A DNA stretch of 64,000 nt from Balanoglossus misakiensis (taxonomy: Eukaryota > Animalia > Hemichordata), in the NCBI GenBank assembly GCA_040954595.2, contig CM082598.2, forward strand, positions 9,067,097 to 9,131,096, given 5' to 3'. The translations under genes were made by a program, and so were the position numbers. The notes beneath the pieces are model-generated. The model saw only the letters and a program-made list of their open reading frames with translations. It ran no database searches and was not told the DNA's origin. This document shows positions 62,341 through 64,000 of this stretch, piece after piece. Position 1 is the first letter of the stretch. Every line of letters begins with the position of its first letter.

Positions 62341-64000
62341 TGCCGCCATTCTTGAGGGGGGGGGTGAGAAATAACGGCTGAGAGTTTGTTGCCGCCATTC
62401 TTGGGAGGGGAGAAATAACGGCTGAGAGTTTGTTGCCGCCATTATTGGGAGGGGAGAAATAAGGGCTGAGAGTTTGTTGCCGCCCTTATTGGGAGAGGAG
62501 AAACGATGGCTGAGAAATTATTGCCGCCATCCTTGGGAGGGGAGAAATAACGGCTGAGAGTTTGTTGCCGCCATTCTTGGGCGCGGAGAAATGATGGCAG
62601 AGAATTTGTTTCCGCCATTCTTGGGAGGGGAGAAATGATGGCTGAGAATTTGTTGCCGCCATTCTTTGGAGGGGAGAAATGATGGCAGAGAATTTATTGC
62701 CGCCATCCTTGGGAGGGGAGAAATGATGGCTGAGAATTTGTTGCCGCCATTCTTGGGAGGGGAGAAATAACGGCTGAGACTTTGTTGCCGCCATTCTTGG
62801 GAGGGGAGAAATATTTGGGCTGAGAGTTTGTTGCAGCCATTCTTGGGAGGGGAGAAATGATGGCAGATAATCTGTTGCCGCCATTCTTTGTAGGGGAGAA
62901 ACGATGGCTGAGAATTTATTGCCGCCATTCTTTGTAGGGGAGAAACGATGGCAGAGAATTTGTTGCCGCCATTCTTGGGAGGGGAGAAATAACGGCTGAG
63001 AGTTTGTTGCCGCCATTATTGGGAGGGGAGAAATGATAGCAGAGAATTTGTTGCCGCCATTCTTGGGGGGGGGGGAGAAATAACGGCTGAGAGTTTGTTG
63101 CCGCCATTCTTGGGAGGGGAGAAATAACGGCTGAGAGTTTGTTGCCGCCATTATTGGGAGGGGAGAAATAAGGGCTGAGAGTTTGTTGCCGCCCTTATTG
63201 GGAGAGGAGAAACGATGGCTGAGAAATTATTGCCGCCATCCTTGGGAGGGGAGAAATAACGGCTGAGAGTTTGTTGCCGCCATTCTTGGGAGGGGAGAAT
63301 TGATGGCTGAGAATTTGTTGCCGCCATTCTTTGGAGGGAAGAAATAATGGCAGAGAATTTATTGCCGCCATCCTTGGGACGGGAGAAATAACGGCTGAGT
63401 GTTTGTTGCCGCCATTCTTGGGCGGGGAGAAATGATGGCAGAGAATTTGTTGCCGCCATCCTTGGGAGGGGAGAAATAACGGCTGAGTGTTTGTTGCCGC
63501 CATTCTTGGGAGGGGAGAAATGATGGCAGAGAATTTTTTGCCGCCATTCTTGGGAGGGAAGAAATGATTGCTGAGAATTTGTTGCCGCCATTCTTTGGAG
63601 GGGAGAAATGATGGCAGAGAATTTATTGCCGCCATCCTTGGGAGGGGAGAAATAACGGCTGAGAGTTTGTTGCCGCCATTCTTTGTAGTGGAGAAACGAT
63701 GGCAGAGAGTTTGTTGCCGCCATTCTTGGGAGGGGAGAAATGATGGCTGAGAATTTGTTGCCGCCATTCTTGGGAGGGGAGAAATAACGGCTGAGAGTTT
63801 GTTGCCGCCATTCTTGGGAGGGGAGAAATATTAGGGCTGAGAGTTTGTTGCCGCCATTCTTGGGAGGGGAGAAATGATGGCAGATAATCTGTTGCCGCAA
63901 TTCTTTGTAGGGGAGAAACGATGGCTGAGAATTTATTGCCGCCATTCTTTGTAGGGGAGAAACGATGGCAGAGAATTTGTTGCCGCCATTCTTGGGAGGG

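Larger units (their letters stand above)
33246..64000. repeat. 44-bp tandem satellite array, segment 3 (runs off the right edge)
   Basis: Same monomer and orientation; a different spectrum of variants dominates beyond ~36 kb. Confidence 0.99.

Noticed and set aside
1-64000. Hundreds of minus-strand (and a few plus-strand) repetitive ORFs as protein-coding genes
   Set aside because: The 44-bp period is not a multiple of 3, all three frames give the same peptide cycle, and stops and frameshifting indels are scattered freely
1-64000. CRISPR array
   Set aside because: No unique spacers: the sequence between conserved cores is homologous in every unit; no cas genes or leader

Overview
Eukaryotic heterochromatin-type sequence with no host genes. 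About 95% of the window is one head-to-tail, single-orientation tandem array of a 44-bp monomer (consensus AATTTGTTGCCGCCATTCTTGGGAGGGGAGAAATGATGGCAGAG, roughly 1,380 copies). It is built from a patchwork of local kb-scale duplications (periods about 792, 968, 1014, 1105, 1200, 1681, 1997, 2571, 2652 and 3240 bp) rather than one regular higher-order repeat. Two transposons interrupt it. The first is a 2,550-bp 5'-truncated non-LTR retrotransposon (11239-13788, +; RT plus C-terminal CCHC knuckle, RTE-X-like, one frameshift, 14-bp TSD). The second is a 520-bp non-autonomous TIR element (32726-33245; ~77-bp TIRs, 9-bp TSD, Mutator-like MITE) with a promoter-motif-rich interior. Empty-site paralogues of both insertion sites occur elsewhere in the window. 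The monomer is an imperfect palindrome with a near-invariant YY1/Pho-like GCCGCCAT core and G3-A-G4 tracts, and a 50-bp variant shows apparent compensatory base-pair changes. The hundreds of minus-strand ORFs are translations of the repeat, not genes. I found no evidence for a CRISPR, retron or DGR-type system; the functional ideas about the satellite are hypotheses.
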